In this document: positions 51,316 to 61,400 of the stretch, piece by piece
Layout of the letters: every line of letters starts with the position of its first letter
Numbering within the stretch: position 1 is the first letter of the stretch
Notes under the pieces: model-generated
Database searches by the model: none
The model's input: the letters and a program-made list of their open reading frames with translations, nothing else
What the model was told of the DNA's origin: nothing
From: Thermoanaerobaculia bacterium
Lineage (GTDB): Bacteria; Acidobacteriota; Thermoanaerobaculia; Multivoradales; Multivoraceae
DNA length: 64,000 nucleotides
NCBI GenBank assembly: GCA_965116955.1
Contig: OZ220742.1
Location: 3,038,542 to 3,102,541 of the forward strand
Reading direction: 5' to 3'
Position numbers and translations under genes: made by a program

Positions 51316-52335
51316 ATGGCGCTGCGGAACATCGGTATCCGGGTCGTGCTGGCGTTCGCCGTGGTGACGCTCCTGGCGTGCGCCTCGGGTGAACCGGTCG
51401 CCGACGCCGAAGCGAAGCCGCCCGCCGAGCTGCGTGCCTCCGTGGACCGGACCGTTGCCACGACGGGCGACCTGATCACGTACACGGTGGAGGTCGAGCG
51501 CGATCCCGAGGTCGAAGTGGAGCTCGATGAGCCGGGCGCGGACATCGCCGGCTTCCGCATCGTCGACCTGGGCCGGGCCCCTGTGGAGACGCTGGCTTCC
51601 GGTCGACTCCTCGAGCGCAGGTGGTACGAACTCCGCGCCGACCTCGTGGGCTCCTACGTCCTGCCGGCGTTGACCGCGACGTACAGCGAGCCGTCCGGCC
51701 CCGGTGGCGACCTGGAGACGGCGGAGATCTCCGTCGAGGTCGAGTCTGTTCTACCGGAGGACCGGAGTGAAGCGACCGACATCCGCGACATCAAGCCGCT
51801 GCGCAGAATCGAAACGGTTGCCTCCTGGCTGTCGTGGGCCGGTTTGGCCCTCGCCGCCGTTGCGCTCGGGCTGGCGGCGTGGTGGTGGTGGCGCCGCCGC
51901 CGACCGGACGGCAGCGCGCCCGAAGCGCCTCCGGTTCCGCCCTACGACCTGGCGATCCGGGAGCTTGAGCGGTTGCGCCGCACCGACTTCTCCGACCTGC
52001 GGGAACTCCGGCGCTACTACTTCGCCGTTTCATCGGTGATCAGGGCCTACGTCGAAGGCCGCTTCGGATTGAACGCGACCGACCTGACCACCGAGGAGAT
52101 CCTGGGTCGGCTGGGTGAGCTGGTGCGGCTGGAGCCGTCACAGGCGAGGCGCCTGGAGCGCTTCCTGGTCGCCACCGATCAGGTCAAGTTCGCGGCCCAT
52201 CTGCCGGTGTCCGAGGAGATCGAGCGCACGTACGAGCGGGCCCTGGGCTTCGTCACGGCGACCCGGCCCAGGGAAGGCACGGAAGAGAGCGAGGGTGCGG
52301 CGCCGGCCTCCGGCCAGACGGAGAAGGCGGCATGA
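51316..52335 (+). CDS. lipoprotein/membrane protein of the Bat-like operon (DUF4381-like position)
   Basis: Lipobox LLACASG, one internal TM (WLSWAGLALAAVALGLAAWWWWRRRR). Sits between DUF58 and BatA as in Bat operons. The upstream 49915-51315 part of the long track ORF was rejected. Confidence 0.55.
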   Translation: MALRNIGIRVVLAFAVVTLLACASGEPVADAEAKPPAELRASVDRTVATTGDLITYTVEVERDPEVEVELDEPGADIAGFRIVDLGRAPVETLASGRLLERRWYELRADLVGSYVLPALTATYSEPSGPGGDLETAEISVEVESVLPEDRSEATDIRDIKPLRRIETVASWLSWAGLALAAVALGLAAWWWWRRRRPDGSAPEAPPVPPYDLAIRELERLRRTDFSDLRELRRYYFAVSSVIRAYVEGRFGLNATDLTTEEILGRLGELVRLEPSQARRLERFLVATDQVKFAAHLPVSEEIERTYERALGFVTATRPREGTEESEGAAPASGQTEKAA

Positions 52336-53390
52336 CGGAACAGCTCGTCTTCGCCGATGCGCGCTGGCTCTGGGTGCTGCTTCCGCTGTACGTGATCTGG
52401 GCGCTCTTGTGGTGGCTCCGGCCGCGTCTGCGCCAGATCGCGGCGAAGCGCGATGCCGGTGGCGACACGGCGGCGGTGGCGTACTCCTCCCTTGGCCATG
52501 CCCTGCGAACCCCGCGCTCCGGCACGCTGACCGCGCGCCGGCTGGTCTCGGCCCTGCGGCTCCTGGTCGTTGCTCTCGTCCTGCTTGCCGTGATGCGGCC
52601 ACAGACCGGCCGCGCACTGACCGAGGTGACCACCGAGGGCATCGACATCGTGCTCGTGATCGATACCTCGGGATCGATGCGGGCGCTGGACCTGGACGCG
52701 CACGAGCGTTCGCTGAGTCGCCGGAGGGACCGGCTCGAGGTGGCGAAGGGAGTCGTCGAGACGTTCATCGCCGCCCGGCCGAACGACCGGGTAGGCCTGG
52801 TCGTTTTCGGCGAGGAGGCCTTCACGCAGTGTCCGCTGACGCTCGACCACGGGGTCGCGGCCACCTTTCTCGAGCAGTTGGAAATCGGCATGGCCGGAGA
52901 CGCCACGGCCATCGGATCGGCGGTCGGCGTGGCCACCAAGCGCCTCAAGGACTCGGACACCGAGTCAAAGGTGGCGATCCTGCTCACGGATGGGCGGAGC
53001 AACGCCGGCTCGCTGTCGCCGCTGCGCGCGGCCGAAGCGGCGGCGGCGCTCGGCGTCCGGCTCTACACGATCGGCGTCGGCACCAGGGGACAGGCGCCCT
53101 TCGTGGTCGAGACCGGCTTCGGGCCGCGGGTCGTCTACCAGGACGTGGAGATCGACGAGGAGACTCTGCGCCGGATGGCGGACACGACAGGCGGCGCCTA
53201 CTACCGTGCCGAGGACGAGGCCGGGCTGGAGCAGATCGTTGAACGGATCGACGAGCTCGAGAAAACGGAGATCAGCCAGGAGTCCTACATGGAGTACGAG
53301 GAGCGGTTCGCCTGGCTGGTGGCGCCGGCCGTGTTCCTGCTGCTGTTCGAGGTCGTGCTGCTCGATACCCGTTTGAGGAAGTTGCCGTGA
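52332..53390 (+). CDS. VWA-domain protein BatA-like
   Basis: N-terminal TM segments, VLVIDTSGSM MIDAS motif, C-terminal TM. Confidence 0.8.
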   Translation: MTEQLVFADARWLWVLLPLYVIWALLWWLRPRLRQIAAKRDAGGDTAAVAYSSLGHALRTPRSGTLTARRLVSALRLLVVALVLLAVMRPQTGRALTEVTTEGIDIVLVIDTSGSMRALDLDAHERSLSRRRDRLEVAKGVVETFIAARPNDRVGLVVFGEEAFTQCPLTLDHGVAATFLEQLEIGMAGDATAIGSAVGVATKRLKDSDTESKVAILLTDGRSNAGSLSPLRAAEAAAALGVRLYTIGVGTRGQAPFVVETGFGPRVVYQDVEIDEETLRRMADTTGGAYYRAEDEAGLEQIVERIDELEKTEISQESYMEYEERFAWLVAPAVFLLLFEVVLLDTRLRKLP

Positions 53391-54556
53391 CCGGTGGGGT
53401 TGCTGGCCGCGACACGGGGCCGGACGCCGCTCGACCGCGCCGCCGCGGAGAGCCGCTGGCGTTGGTCGCGATCCTGCTGCTGGTCAGCGCCTGCGAGGTG
53501 CGCACGGGCCGGCCGGATGCGCTTTGGCTGCTGTGGCTCGGCCCGGCGCTGCTGCTCTTCTACGTCTACGCGTTTCGCACGCGCGCGCGCCTGCTCGGTC
53601 GTTTCGCTTCACGCGAGGCGTTGCCGGGTTTGATCGCGGGAGTCAGCAGGCCGAGACGGCGGCTCAAGGCGGTTCTCGTTCTCGTCGCTGTGCTCGCTCT
53701 GGTGGCGTCCCTGACGCAGCCGCGCTGGGGCTTCGTGTGGGAGGAGGTCCACCGGGAGGGTGTCGACATCGTGGTCGCCCTCGACGTCTCGGACTCGATG
53801 CTCGTGCTGGACGCGGAGGCGGGCGGCGAACTGAGCCGGCTCGAACGCGCCAGGCGCGAGATCGCCGACCTGCTGCAGCGGCTGGAAGGAGACAGGATCG
53901 CGCTGGTTGCCTTTGCCGGCAGCGCGTTCCTGGAGCTGCCCCTGACGCTGGACTACTCGGCGGCGGCGTTGTTTCTCGAGGCGATGGAGCCGGACCTGAT
54001 TCCGGTCAAGGGCACCGCCATCGGCGAGGCGCTCCACGTTTCGCTCGAGGCCTTCGAACGGGTGGCCCAGACGGGGTCGCGGAAGTCGCGCGCGATCATC
54101 CTGATCACCGACGGCGAAGATCACCTCGGCGAGGCCCAGGACGCCGCCGAGGCCGCGGCCGAGGCGGGAGTGCGGATCTTCGCGATCGGCATCGGACGGG
54201 ACGAGGGCGCGCCCATACCCAGGGAGGGAGGTGGCTTCCGCACCGACCGCCGGGGCGAGATCGTCCTGAGCCGGCTCGACGAGGCGGCGTTGCAGCGGAT
54301 CGCCCTCACCACCGGCGGCCGCTATGTCCGCTCGGTGACCGGCGACGTGGACCTTGAGCAGATCTACGCTCAGGGCATCAAGGCGCAGTTGGAGGACCAG
54401 GAGCTGGGCTCGAGCCGGCAGCAGCGTTGGGAGGAGCGATTCCAGTGGCTGCTGGTCATCGCGCTCGCGGCGCTGATGCTCGAGCCGCTGATCGGTGAGC
54501 GCCTGGGGCGGCGCGGCCCCGGGCAGGAGGGAAGGGACCATGCCGCGGTCGCGTGA
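53387..54556 (+). CDS. VWA-domain protein BatB-like
   Basis: VVALDVSDSM MIDAS motif and TM segments. Start overlaps the batA-like stop. Confidence 0.8.
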   Translation: MTGGVAGRDTGPDAARPRRRGEPLALVAILLLVSACEVRTGRPDALWLLWLGPALLLFYVYAFRTRARLLGRFASREALPGLIAGVSRPRRRLKAVLVLVAVLALVASLTQPRWGFVWEEVHREGVDIVVALDVSDSMLVLDAEAGGELSRLERARREIADLLQRLEGDRIALVAFAGSAFLELPLTLDYSAAALFLEAMEPDLIPVKGTAIGEALHVSLEAFERVAQTGSRKSRAIILITDGEDHLGEAQDAAEAAAEAGVRIFAIGIGRDEGAPIPREGGGFRTDRRGEIVLSRLDEAALQRIALTTGGRYVRSVTGDVDLEQIYAQGIKAQLEDQELGSSRQQRWEERFQWLLVIALAALMLEPLIGERLGRRGPGQEGRDHAAVA

Positions 54557-55427
54557 GCCAGTGAGCCGGCGTTGCCGCCTGGCCCCGAGCGCAGCCTGGC
54601 TGCCGGGATTGGGGCTGTTTCTCCTTCCGATCGCCGTCACGGCGCAGGCTCCGAACGAGGAGTCGTCACCGCCCGCCGAGTACCCCTCGCCCTATGCGGC
54701 CTGGGACGCGGGCGCCTATGACCAGGCCCTTAGGGGGTTCACGGACCACCAGACGGAACGGCCGGACGACCCGGAGCTGAGTCTGAACGTCGGCGCCGCC
54801 CACTACAAGCTGAACGACTTCGAAGCCGCGGACGGCGAGTTCTACCGGGCCGCGGCCATCGGCGACGACGAACTGCGTGGGCAGGCGCTCTACAACCTGG
54901 GCAACAGCGCCTACCGGCAGGGCAAGCTCGAGGACGCGGTCGACTTCTACATGGCGTCGCTCGAAGCGAACCCCGACGACCTCGACGCGAAGTTCAACCT
55001 GGAGTTCGTTCGCGAGGAGATGAGGCGGCGCCAGCAACAGGACCAGAACGAGCAGCAGAACGAGCAGCAGGAGCAGGAACAGGACCAGGACGACCAGGGC
55101 GCGCAACAGCAGTCGGAGGGAGATCAGGGTCAGGACGAGCAGCCCTCCGGCCAGGAGCAGGACCCGGGCGACCAGGGACAGGACCAGCAACCGCAGGGTG
55201 ACGAGGGTCCGCGGGACAGCGACGGGGACGGCATCCCGGACGCTGAGGACCCGGACACGCCGGACGAGGGGCCGGAGAGCGGTAACCAGGGTCGTTCGCG
55301 GGAGCCCCAGCCGGGCATGACGCAGGAGGAGGCGGAACGCTACCTGCAAGCCCTGGAAGAGGGCCGGCCGGATCCCACTCGCCGGGGCCAGCGCGGCCGC
55401 CGAAGCCGTCTGGCGAAGGACTGGTAG
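54540..55427 (+). CDS. TPR protein BatC-like with long Q/D/E-rich low-complexity tail
   Basis: Signal peptide, TPR motifs (ALYNLGNSAYRQGKLEDAVDFY), then about 120 aa of Q/E/D-rich low complexity. Confidence 0.65.
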   Translation: MPRSREPVSRRCRLAPSAAWLPGLGLFLLPIAVTAQAPNEESSPPAEYPSPYAAWDAGAYDQALRGFTDHQTERPDDPELSLNVGAAHYKLNDFEAADGEFYRAAAIGDDELRGQALYNLGNSAYRQGKLEDAVDFYMASLEANPDDLDAKFNLEFVREEMRRRQQQDQNEQQNEQQEQEQDQDDQGAQQQSEGDQGQDEQPSGQEQDPGDQGQDQQPQGDEGPRDSDGDGIPDAEDPDTPDEGPESGNQGRSREPQPGMTQEEAERYLQALEEGRPDPTRRGQRGRRSRLAKDW

Positions 55428-55431
55428 CGCG

Positions 55432-57258
55432 ATGGACGCAGGCACGCGTGGGCCGTCCCTCGACTGGCGCCGGGCCGCCGCTCTGGTCGCCTGGACCTTC
55501 TTCCTGGTCCCGACCGGTGCGGATGCCCAGGAGCCGGACCGGATTCAGGTCACCGTCGACCGCAACCAGGTCGCCCTGGGTGACCAGCTCTACCTGACGA
55601 TCAGGATCGAAGGGTCGCCGGACGAACCGCCGGGACTGCCCGAACTGCCGGACTTCCGGGTCCTGTCGCGGGGCGAACGGCGCGACATGCAGATCGTCAA
55701 CGGCCGGGTCAGCAACAGCACGTCCTACAACTACCTGCTGATCCCCACCCAGGCCGGGAGTTTCGAGATCGGTCCAGCGACCGCCCTGATCGACGGTGCC
55801 GAGGTCAGGAGCCGGCCGTTCACGATTCAGGTCACGGACGCGGAGGGCCAGAACGACGAGCAGGATCGGGATCTCTTCGTCACCTCGACCGTCTCGACGG
55901 ACCGACCGTGGCAGGGCCAGCAGGTCATCTACACCTGGCGCTTCTACAGCCGGGTGCCCGTGGGGCAGGGGTCGATCGAGTCGATGGACTTCGGCAGCGA
56001 CGTGGTGGTCGAGGACCTCGGTGACGTGCGGCAGTTCTCGACCTCGATCGACGGTGTCCAGTACTCGGTGAACGAGGTGCGCAAGGCGCTGTTCCCCCAA
56101 CGACCCGGCGAGCTGACACTGCCGCAGACCCAGCTCCGGGTGCAGGTGGAGGTCGAGCAGGCGCGCCGGCCGGGCCGGAGGCGCAGCATCTTCGACGAGT
56201 TCGACAGTCTGCTCGGCTCGGGCGGGCGGTGGGCGACGAAGTACCTGCTCACGGAGCCCCTGACTCTCGATGTGCGGCCTCTGCCGCCGCCGCCGGCCGG
56301 TTGGAACGGCCTGGTCGGGGACTTCGACATTGGGGCTTCGCTGAGCCGGCGGGAACTGCAGGTGGGGCAGTCGGCCACGCTGGAGGTGCGGGTCGGCGGT
56401 ACCGGCAACGTACAGCTCCTGACCGAGCCCGACATCCCGGAACTGCCGGCATTCAAGATCTACCCGGACCAGCCGGACGCGAGCATCGACCGCAGCGGAG
56501 CCGAGCTGACCGGTCGCAAGGTATTCCGGCGGGCTCTGGTGCCGTTGGTGGCCGGCCCCCTCGATGTCCCGCCGATCGATCTCGTCTACTTCGATCCTGA
56601 ACCTGGCGACTACGCCACCCGGTCGACCGAGCGCATCGATCTGGACGTCGACCCGGCCGACGGTGAGGAGGAGCTGAATCTCACCGAGTCGCTGGCGCCG
56701 ACCATGGGAAAGGTGGCCGTGCGGATCCTCGCGGACGACATCCTGCCGGTGCGGCGGACGGCGGCCGGGATCGTCTCCGTCACGCCTCAGGGGTGGCGCC
56801 TCTGGGTCTGGATTGCCTGCGGCGTACTGCCGCCGTTCATCTACCTGGCACTGCTGGCGCACCATCGGCGCGAACGCCGCTACGCCGCTGACAGGACGCT
56901 GCGCCGGCGCCAGCGGGCATTGCGCGACGCGCTGTCCGTGGCGAGGAAACTCCGTTCCGGCGCGGGACCCGCTTCCGCGGCGGAGGCCTCCAGGATCGTG
57001 CGCGGCTACGTTGGCGACAAGCTCGGTGTCGAGGGCTCCGCGCTGACGCCGTCGGAGGCGGAGGCCGCGCTGGTGCGGGCTGGCGTGGACAGCACCCTGG
57101 CGGCGCGCTGCCGGGCTCTGCTCGAGCGACTCGAGGCCGCCCAGTATGGCCTGGCGCCGGTGGCGGGCGGCGGCGGGTTGGCGGCGGAAACCAGCACTGA
57201 AGGTCTGAGCGATCTGATCAAGACCCTCGACAAGCAGTTGCGGGGCCGCCAACCGTGA
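55432..57258 (+). CDS. BatD-like oxygen-tolerance protein
   Basis: Signal peptide, long beta-rich ectodomain, C-terminal TM (WRLWVWIACGVLPPFIYLALLAHHRRERR). Operon position matches batD. Confidence 0.75.
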   Translation: MDAGTRGPSLDWRRAAALVAWTFFLVPTGADAQEPDRIQVTVDRNQVALGDQLYLTIRIEGSPDEPPGLPELPDFRVLSRGERRDMQIVNGRVSNSTSYNYLLIPTQAGSFEIGPATALIDGAEVRSRPFTIQVTDAEGQNDEQDRDLFVTSTVSTDRPWQGQQVIYTWRFYSRVPVGQGSIESMDFGSDVVVEDLGDVRQFSTSIDGVQYSVNEVRKALFPQRPGELTLPQTQLRVQVEVEQARRPGRRRSIFDEFDSLLGSGGRWATKYLLTEPLTLDVRPLPPPPAGWNGLVGDFDIGASLSRRELQVGQSATLEVRVGGTGNVQLLTEPDIPELPAFKIYPDQPDASIDRSGAELTGRKVFRRALVPLVAGPLDVPPIDLVYFDPEPGDYATRSTERIDLDVDPADGEEELNLTESLAPTMGKVAVRILADDILPVRRTAAGIVSVTPQGWRLWVWIACGVLPPFIYLALLAHHRRERRYAADRTLRRRQRALRDALSVARKLRSGAGPASAAEASRIVRGYVGDKLGVEGSALTPSEAEAALVRAGVDSTLAARCRALLERLEAAQYGLAPVAGGGGLAAETSTEGLSDLIKTLDKQLRGRQP

Positions 57259-58076
57259 GACGTGCCGCCATGAGACGCCTCGCGATGCTCGTCCTGTTCG
57301 GCGCGGTGCCGGCAGTACCGGCCCTGGCCCAGGAAGAGGAACTGCCGGTCGTTACCGAAGCTCAGCCGGCGGAAGGCCCCGCAGTTGCCCCGGAGCCGGC
57401 CGAACTCTGGGTCAACGGCAACGCCGCCTATGAGGCGGGCGACTTTGGGCGAGCCGTCGCCCTCTATGCGGAGATGCGCCAGATGGGGGTCGACAACGGC
57501 CACCTGCACTACAACCTGGGAAACGCCTACCTGCGCGCCGGCGAGTTGGGACGTTCCATTGCTTCCTACCGCCGTGCGCTGAAGCTCCTGCCGCGCGACG
57601 AAGACGCCAGCGCGAACCTGACCTTCGCTCGGCGCAGCGCGCGCGACGAGATCGCGCCGCCGGAGCCGCCCGTGCTGCTTCGCACCGTTCTGTTCTGGCA
57701 CTACAACCTGGCGCCGGTCGAAGTCATGCGGAGTGCGGTGCTGGTCGGTCTCGGCTTCTGGATCGTGCTTGCGTTGCGGCTCTACCGGCCGGCGTCGGAG
57801 GTGCTGCGCTGGTCCGCCGTCTGTCTGCTCGTGGCCGGTCTCGCGCTGGCCGGCTCGCTCGTGGCGCACGCCGCTTTCAGCTCCCCGGTCGCTGTCGTCC
57901 TCCCGCAGGAGATCGATCTTCACGCCGCCGCCGGCGACGGTTCGGTCGTCCGATTCCAGCTCCACGCCGGCACGGAAGTGCGCGTGATCGAGCAGCGTCC
58001 GGAATGGGTCCGCATCGAACTGCCCGGCGGAGAACGGGGCTGGTCGATGCGGGAGTATCTCGAGATCGTCGGGTGA
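57255..58076 (+). CDS. BatE-like TPR + TM + SH3b-domain protein
   Basis: TPR motif (LHYNLGNAYLRAGELGRSIASYRRALKL), two TM segments, C-terminal SH3b-like segment (RFQLHAGTEVRVIEQRPEWVRIELPGGERGWSMREYLE). Confidence 0.65.
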   Translation: MRRAAMRRLAMLVLFGAVPAVPALAQEEELPVVTEAQPAEGPAVAPEPAELWVNGNAAYEAGDFGRAVALYAEMRQMGVDNGHLHYNLGNAYLRAGELGRSIASYRRALKLLPRDEDASANLTFARRSARDEIAPPEPPVLLRTVLFWHYNLAPVEVMRSAVLVGLGFWIVLALRLYRPASEVLRWSAVCLLVAGLALAGSLVAHAAFSSPVAVVLPQEIDLHAAAGDGSVVRFQLHAGTEVRVIEQRPEWVRIELPGGERGWSMREYLEIVG

Positions 58077-58079
58077 GCG

Positions 58080-58685
58080 CTACGGGCGGCCGTTCGCGGC
58101 GAACGGGCGCTGCAGGACCTCGAAGAACGCGGCCAGGAATCGAAACGTCAGGCCCCAGACGATATGCCGCTCCGGGTCGCCGACGACGACACCTGGGAAG
58201 CTGACCTCGGGATAGGGCGGATGGCGGTAGTCGATGACCCGGGAGGGCTCCTCGAACCAGACCAGGGGCACCCAGAACGCTTCGGCGACCTCGTAGTTGG
58301 GGACCAGATCGTTGCCGGCACCGGTAGCGACCTCGTAGACGAAGGCCGCGATCCGGAGTTGCCTCCCCTGGCCGGCGCGCTGCCCCGTCTGATCGTCGAG
58401 TCGGCCGATCAGGCGCGCCCCCTCGAGTGACAGGCCAACCTCCTCGATCGTCTCGCGTTCGGCGGTGTGGCGCAGGTCGCGGTCCGTGTCGTCGTGCCGG
58501 CCCCCGGGAAAGGCCATCTGCCCCGACCAGGGGTCCTGCGGCTTCTTCGACCGCTCGATGAACAGCGCTTCGGGTCCCTTGACCGACGGACGCAGCACCA
58601 TCGCGACGCTGGCCTCGAAGGAGGCCGGAGGGAGGATGCGCGGCTCATGGGCCGTCAGCCGCTGACGGATGTCGCCGATGTTCAT
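58080..58685 (-). CDS. NUDIX hydrolase (CoA pyrophosphatase-like)
   Basis: Nudix box GGRHDDTDRDLRHTAERETIEEVGL. Confidence 0.8.
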   Translation of the reverse strand: MNIGDIRQRLTAHEPRILPPASFEASVAMVLRPSVKGPEALFIERSKKPQDPWSGQMAFPGGRHDDTDRDLRHTAERETIEEVGLSLEGARLIGRLDDQTGQRAGQGRQLRIAAFVYEVATGAGNDLVPNYEVAEAFWVPLVWFEEPSRVIDYRHPPYPEVSFPGVVVGDPERHIVWGLTFRFLAAFFEVLQRPFAANGRP

Positions 58686-58709
58686 GGCATACGGGGACGA
58701 ACCGATCGC

Positions 58710-59813
58710 CTACGCGAACGTCGCCTTCAGCCAGTCGATCAGCACCCGGTTGAACTCCTCCGGCTTCTCCTGCTGGGTCCAGTGGCCGCAGTCCTTGATC
58801 GTGTGCTTGTCGATGTTCGGCACCAGCGCCTCGATGCCGTCGGCGGAGGAGGGCGGCAACACGACGTCGTTCTCGGCGCCGATGTAGAGGCAGGGCTGGT
58901 CGATCTTCTGGTCGATCCCCTTCATCAGCTCCCAGTTGCGGTCGATGTTGCGGTACCAGTTGACGCCGCCGGTGAAGCCCGTGCGCTCGTAGACGCCGAC
59001 GAAGTGGGCCAGTTCCGCGTCGGTGAGCAGCAGCTCGCCGCGCAGGGACTCGGCCGAGCCGTGCTTGATGATCTCGAGCAACTGGAACTTCCGTTCCGGG
59101 GCGTCGGCCGGGAGCTTGTTGAACTCCTCGGCGTTCCACGAGCCGCGCCGCATGAAGGTGCGGAAGCTCTTCTCGGTGTCCGCCTCGAGCACTTCTTCCG
59201 CCTTGTAGGGCTCCTGGAAGGCGACGACGTAGTTGTCCTCGCCGCGGACGCGGCGGAGGATCTCGATCGGCGGTTGCGGCGGCTGGGGCCCGGTTGGGGT
59301 ATTGACGCCGACCACGCCGAGAACGCGGTCCGAATGCAGCCTGGGCATGGCCCAGACCACGCCGCCGCCCCAGTCGTGGCCGACGAACACCGCCCTCTCG
59401 ATGCTGCGGGCGTCGAGCAGGCCGACCAGGTCGGCGCAGAGTTCGCCCATGTTGTAGGCCTCGATCGCCAGGGGCCGCTGCGTGTTGCCGTAGCCCCGCT
59501 GGTCGGGCGCCAGAACCCGGAAGCCGGCCGCGGACAGCGCGGGTAGCTGATGGCGCCAGGAGTAGGCGAGTTCCGGGAAGCCGTGGCTGAGGACGACGGG
59601 CACGCCCTCGGTCCCGGCCTCGTAGACGGCCATCCGGAGGCCGCCGTTGGTGCGGACGTAGTTCGGCTCGGGCCAGGCGTGACCATCGTCTTCGGTGGCC
59701 GCTGCGGCGCCCGGCGTGGCGGCGAGCGCGGCGGCGCCCGCGGCCGAACTGGCGATCATGGTGCGGCGGGTCATCGGAGTGTCGGAGTCGCTGGAATCGT
59801 CATGTCTGATCAT
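58710..59813 (-). CDS. alpha/beta hydrolase (epoxide hydrolase-like) with Tat/Sec-type signal
   Basis: HGFPELAYSWRHQ and VGHDWGG nucleophile-elbow motifs. MTRRTMIASSAAGAAALAA leader. Confidence 0.75.
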   Translation of the reverse strand: MIRHDDSSDSDTPMTRRTMIASSAAGAAALAATPGAAAATEDDGHAWPEPNYVRTNGGLRMAVYEAGTEGVPVVLSHGFPELAYSWRHQLPALSAAGFRVLAPDQRGYGNTQRPLAIEAYNMGELCADLVGLLDARSIERAVFVGHDWGGGVVWAMPRLHSDRVLGVVGVNTPTGPQPPQPPIEILRRVRGEDNYVVAFQEPYKAEEVLEADTEKSFRTFMRRGSWNAEEFNKLPADAPERKFQLLEIIKHGSAESLRGELLLTDAELAHFVGVYERTGFTGGVNWYRNIDRNWELMKGIDQKIDQPCLYIGAENDVVLPPSSADGIEALVPNIDKHTIKDCGHWTQQEKPEEFNRVLIDWLKATFA

Positions 59814-60328
59814 GGCGGTCCATGGTAGCTGAGGGTCGGGCCTTCAGCTGGCGGCCAGGGCTTGGTGTGGATCACTCTGCCCACATCTCCCGGGCCGGCG
59901 ATCCGGCGCTGAGCCTCGAGGACCTCTTCGAAGCGTTCGTGGATCTCGCGTGGAAAGAGCGTGCTGCGCCGGGTGTCCAGGTCGATGTGGATGCTCAGCA
60001 GCTCGTGCGTCGCGGCGACGTAGCCCTCTTCCGCGTGGAGCATGCGCATGAACGTGTGGTACTTCTTGTCGTCGAAGCCCAGCAACTCCGCTTCGATGAC
60101 GATCGGCGCGCCCTCCGGCAGCTCCCGCAGCCAGGTGAGATGGCTGTCGATCGAGAACGTGGAGCGCCGGTTCAACCTGCGGTAGGTCCGGTCGATGCCC
60201 AGAAACGCGGTCCATGGGCCGGTCGCGTCGTCGAAGGCGACCAGGTAGTAGCCGGCGTTCATGTGCCCGTTGTGGTCGATCCACTCCGGCAGGACCGTGC
60301 CGGTCCAGATCTGCTGCGGGTCGGTCAA
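59810..60328 (-). CDS. hotdog-fold acyl-CoA thioesterase (4HBT-like)
   Basis: LPEWIDHNGHMNAGYYLVAFD motif and ~170 aa. Confidence 0.7.
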   Translation of the reverse strand: MTDPQQIWTGTVLPEWIDHNGHMNAGYYLVAFDDATGPWTAFLGIDRTYRRLNRRSTFSIDSHLTWLRELPEGAPIVIEAELLGFDDKKYHTFMRMLHAEEGYVAATHELLSIHIDLDTRRSTLFPREIHERFEEVLEAQRRIAGPGDVGRVIHTKPWPPAEGPTLSYHGPP

Positions 60329-60393
60329 GTGGGAGAGTCTAGCCCCCTGTTACGATCCCGCGCCGGGCACGGCCACCACAGGAGTCTCCCCGC

Positions 60394-61233
60394 ATGAGAG
60401 TCGGCATCTCCCTACCGGTCCGCGAACTCAAGGACGATCTCGGCGCTATCAAGGCGTTCGCGCAGGCAGCAGACGAGCTCGGCTACACGCACCTGCGGGT
60501 GCCGGACCTGATCGCCCGGCCGAAGAGCGGGCACCTTCAGGAGCCTCTCGTCCTGCTGGCATACGTCGCCGCGACGGTGGAGAACATCGAACTCGTGCCG
60601 TCGGTCATCGTCACGCCGTCGCGTCAGACGGTGCTGCTGGCGAAGCAACTGGCGACACTCGAACGGCTGTCGGGAGGCGGCGTGCGTCTCGGCGTCGGCG
60701 TCGGCGGCAGCGAGGCGGAGTACCGGGCGCTGGGGCAGGACTTTGGCACCCGGGGCGCTCGCTGCGAGGAGCAACTCGAACTGCTGCGGCGTCTATGGAC
60801 GGAGCCGGTCGTCGACTTCGAGGGACGCTGGGACATGGTCCAGGGCACGGGCATCGATCCCCTGCCGTCTCGTCCGATCCCGATCTGGATCGGCGCGCGG
60901 GGACTGCCGGCGCCTCGCATCCGCCGGCGCATCGGCCGGCAGGCGGACGGCTGGTTCGTGCTCTGCTCGCCGGAGGACTTCGATGGCCTGAAGGCCGACA
61001 TCGATGGCGCCGCGGTCGCCGCCGGTCGAGACCCCAGGGCGATCGGCGCGGAGGCGGGGGTCGCGGTCGTCGGGCCGCGCGAGCACGAGTGGCGGGATCG
61101 TGTCCGGGGCTGGCGGCAGAAGGGGTTGACCCATCTGTGCCTCCGCACGCTGGGGGGCGGTCTCGGCGGAGACGCGGACGCGCACATTGCGAGGGCAAGA
61201 CAGGCCTTCGAGGAGCTGCAGGAGCTGGTCTGA
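60394..61233 (+). CDS. LLM-class (luciferase-like) flavin/F420-dependent oxidoreductase
   Basis: TIM-barrel LLM pattern (LERLSGGGVRLGVGVGGSEAEY) and ~280 aa. Confidence 0.7.
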   Translation: MRVGISLPVRELKDDLGAIKAFAQAADELGYTHLRVPDLIARPKSGHLQEPLVLLAYVAATVENIELVPSVIVTPSRQTVLLAKQLATLERLSGGGVRLGVGVGGSEAEYRALGQDFGTRGARCEEQLELLRRLWTEPVVDFEGRWDMVQGTGIDPLPSRPIPIWIGARGLPAPRIRRRIGRQADGWFVLCSPEDFDGLKADIDGAAVAAGRDPRAIGAEAGVAVVGPREHEWRDRVRGWRQKGLTHLCLRTLGGGLGGDADAHIARARQAFEELQELV

Positions 61234-61268
61234 CGCCTGTGGGGCATCGCCCGGCTTCACGGTTCGCC

Positions 61269-61297
61269 TTGACACGCTGGCGCGCAGCGAGCACAAT
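61269..61297 (+). promoter_or_regulatory. sigma70-like promoter candidate: TTGACA - 17 nt - CACAAT
   Basis: Read directly from the sequence, 11 nt upstream of a 30-codon ORF and about 180 nt upstream of homocitrate synthase. Confidence 0.3.
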
Positions 61298-61307
61298 CCG
61301 CGCTTCC

Positions 61308-61400
61308 ATGACTCAATCGACGCTCACTCCGTCTCTGGTCAAGCGGCTGCACAAGCCGGGCGCGAAGCCCTGGCTACAGGACTGGGTGTCTACCGCCTAG
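61308..61400 (+). CDS. possible 30-aa leader peptide ([30 protein letters not shown]) upstream of the lysine AAA-pathway genes
   Basis: Small ORF in the leader of the homocitrate synthase gene containing 3 Lys codons. No RBS, possibly leaderless. Speculative. Confidence 0.2.
   Translation: MTQSTLTPSLVKRLHKPGAKPWLQDWVSTA

Noticed and set aside
49181-52335. ORF 49181-51031 (-) and the 5' part (49915-51315) of the 806-aa plus-strand ORF
   Set aside because: They overlap the MoxR and DUF58 genes. The real downstream gene begins at the ATG at 51316 after the DUF58 stop.
54994-57252. 752-aa minus-strand ORF opposite BatC/BatD
   Set aside because: Antisense artefact with Arg/Pro/Gly-rich composition.
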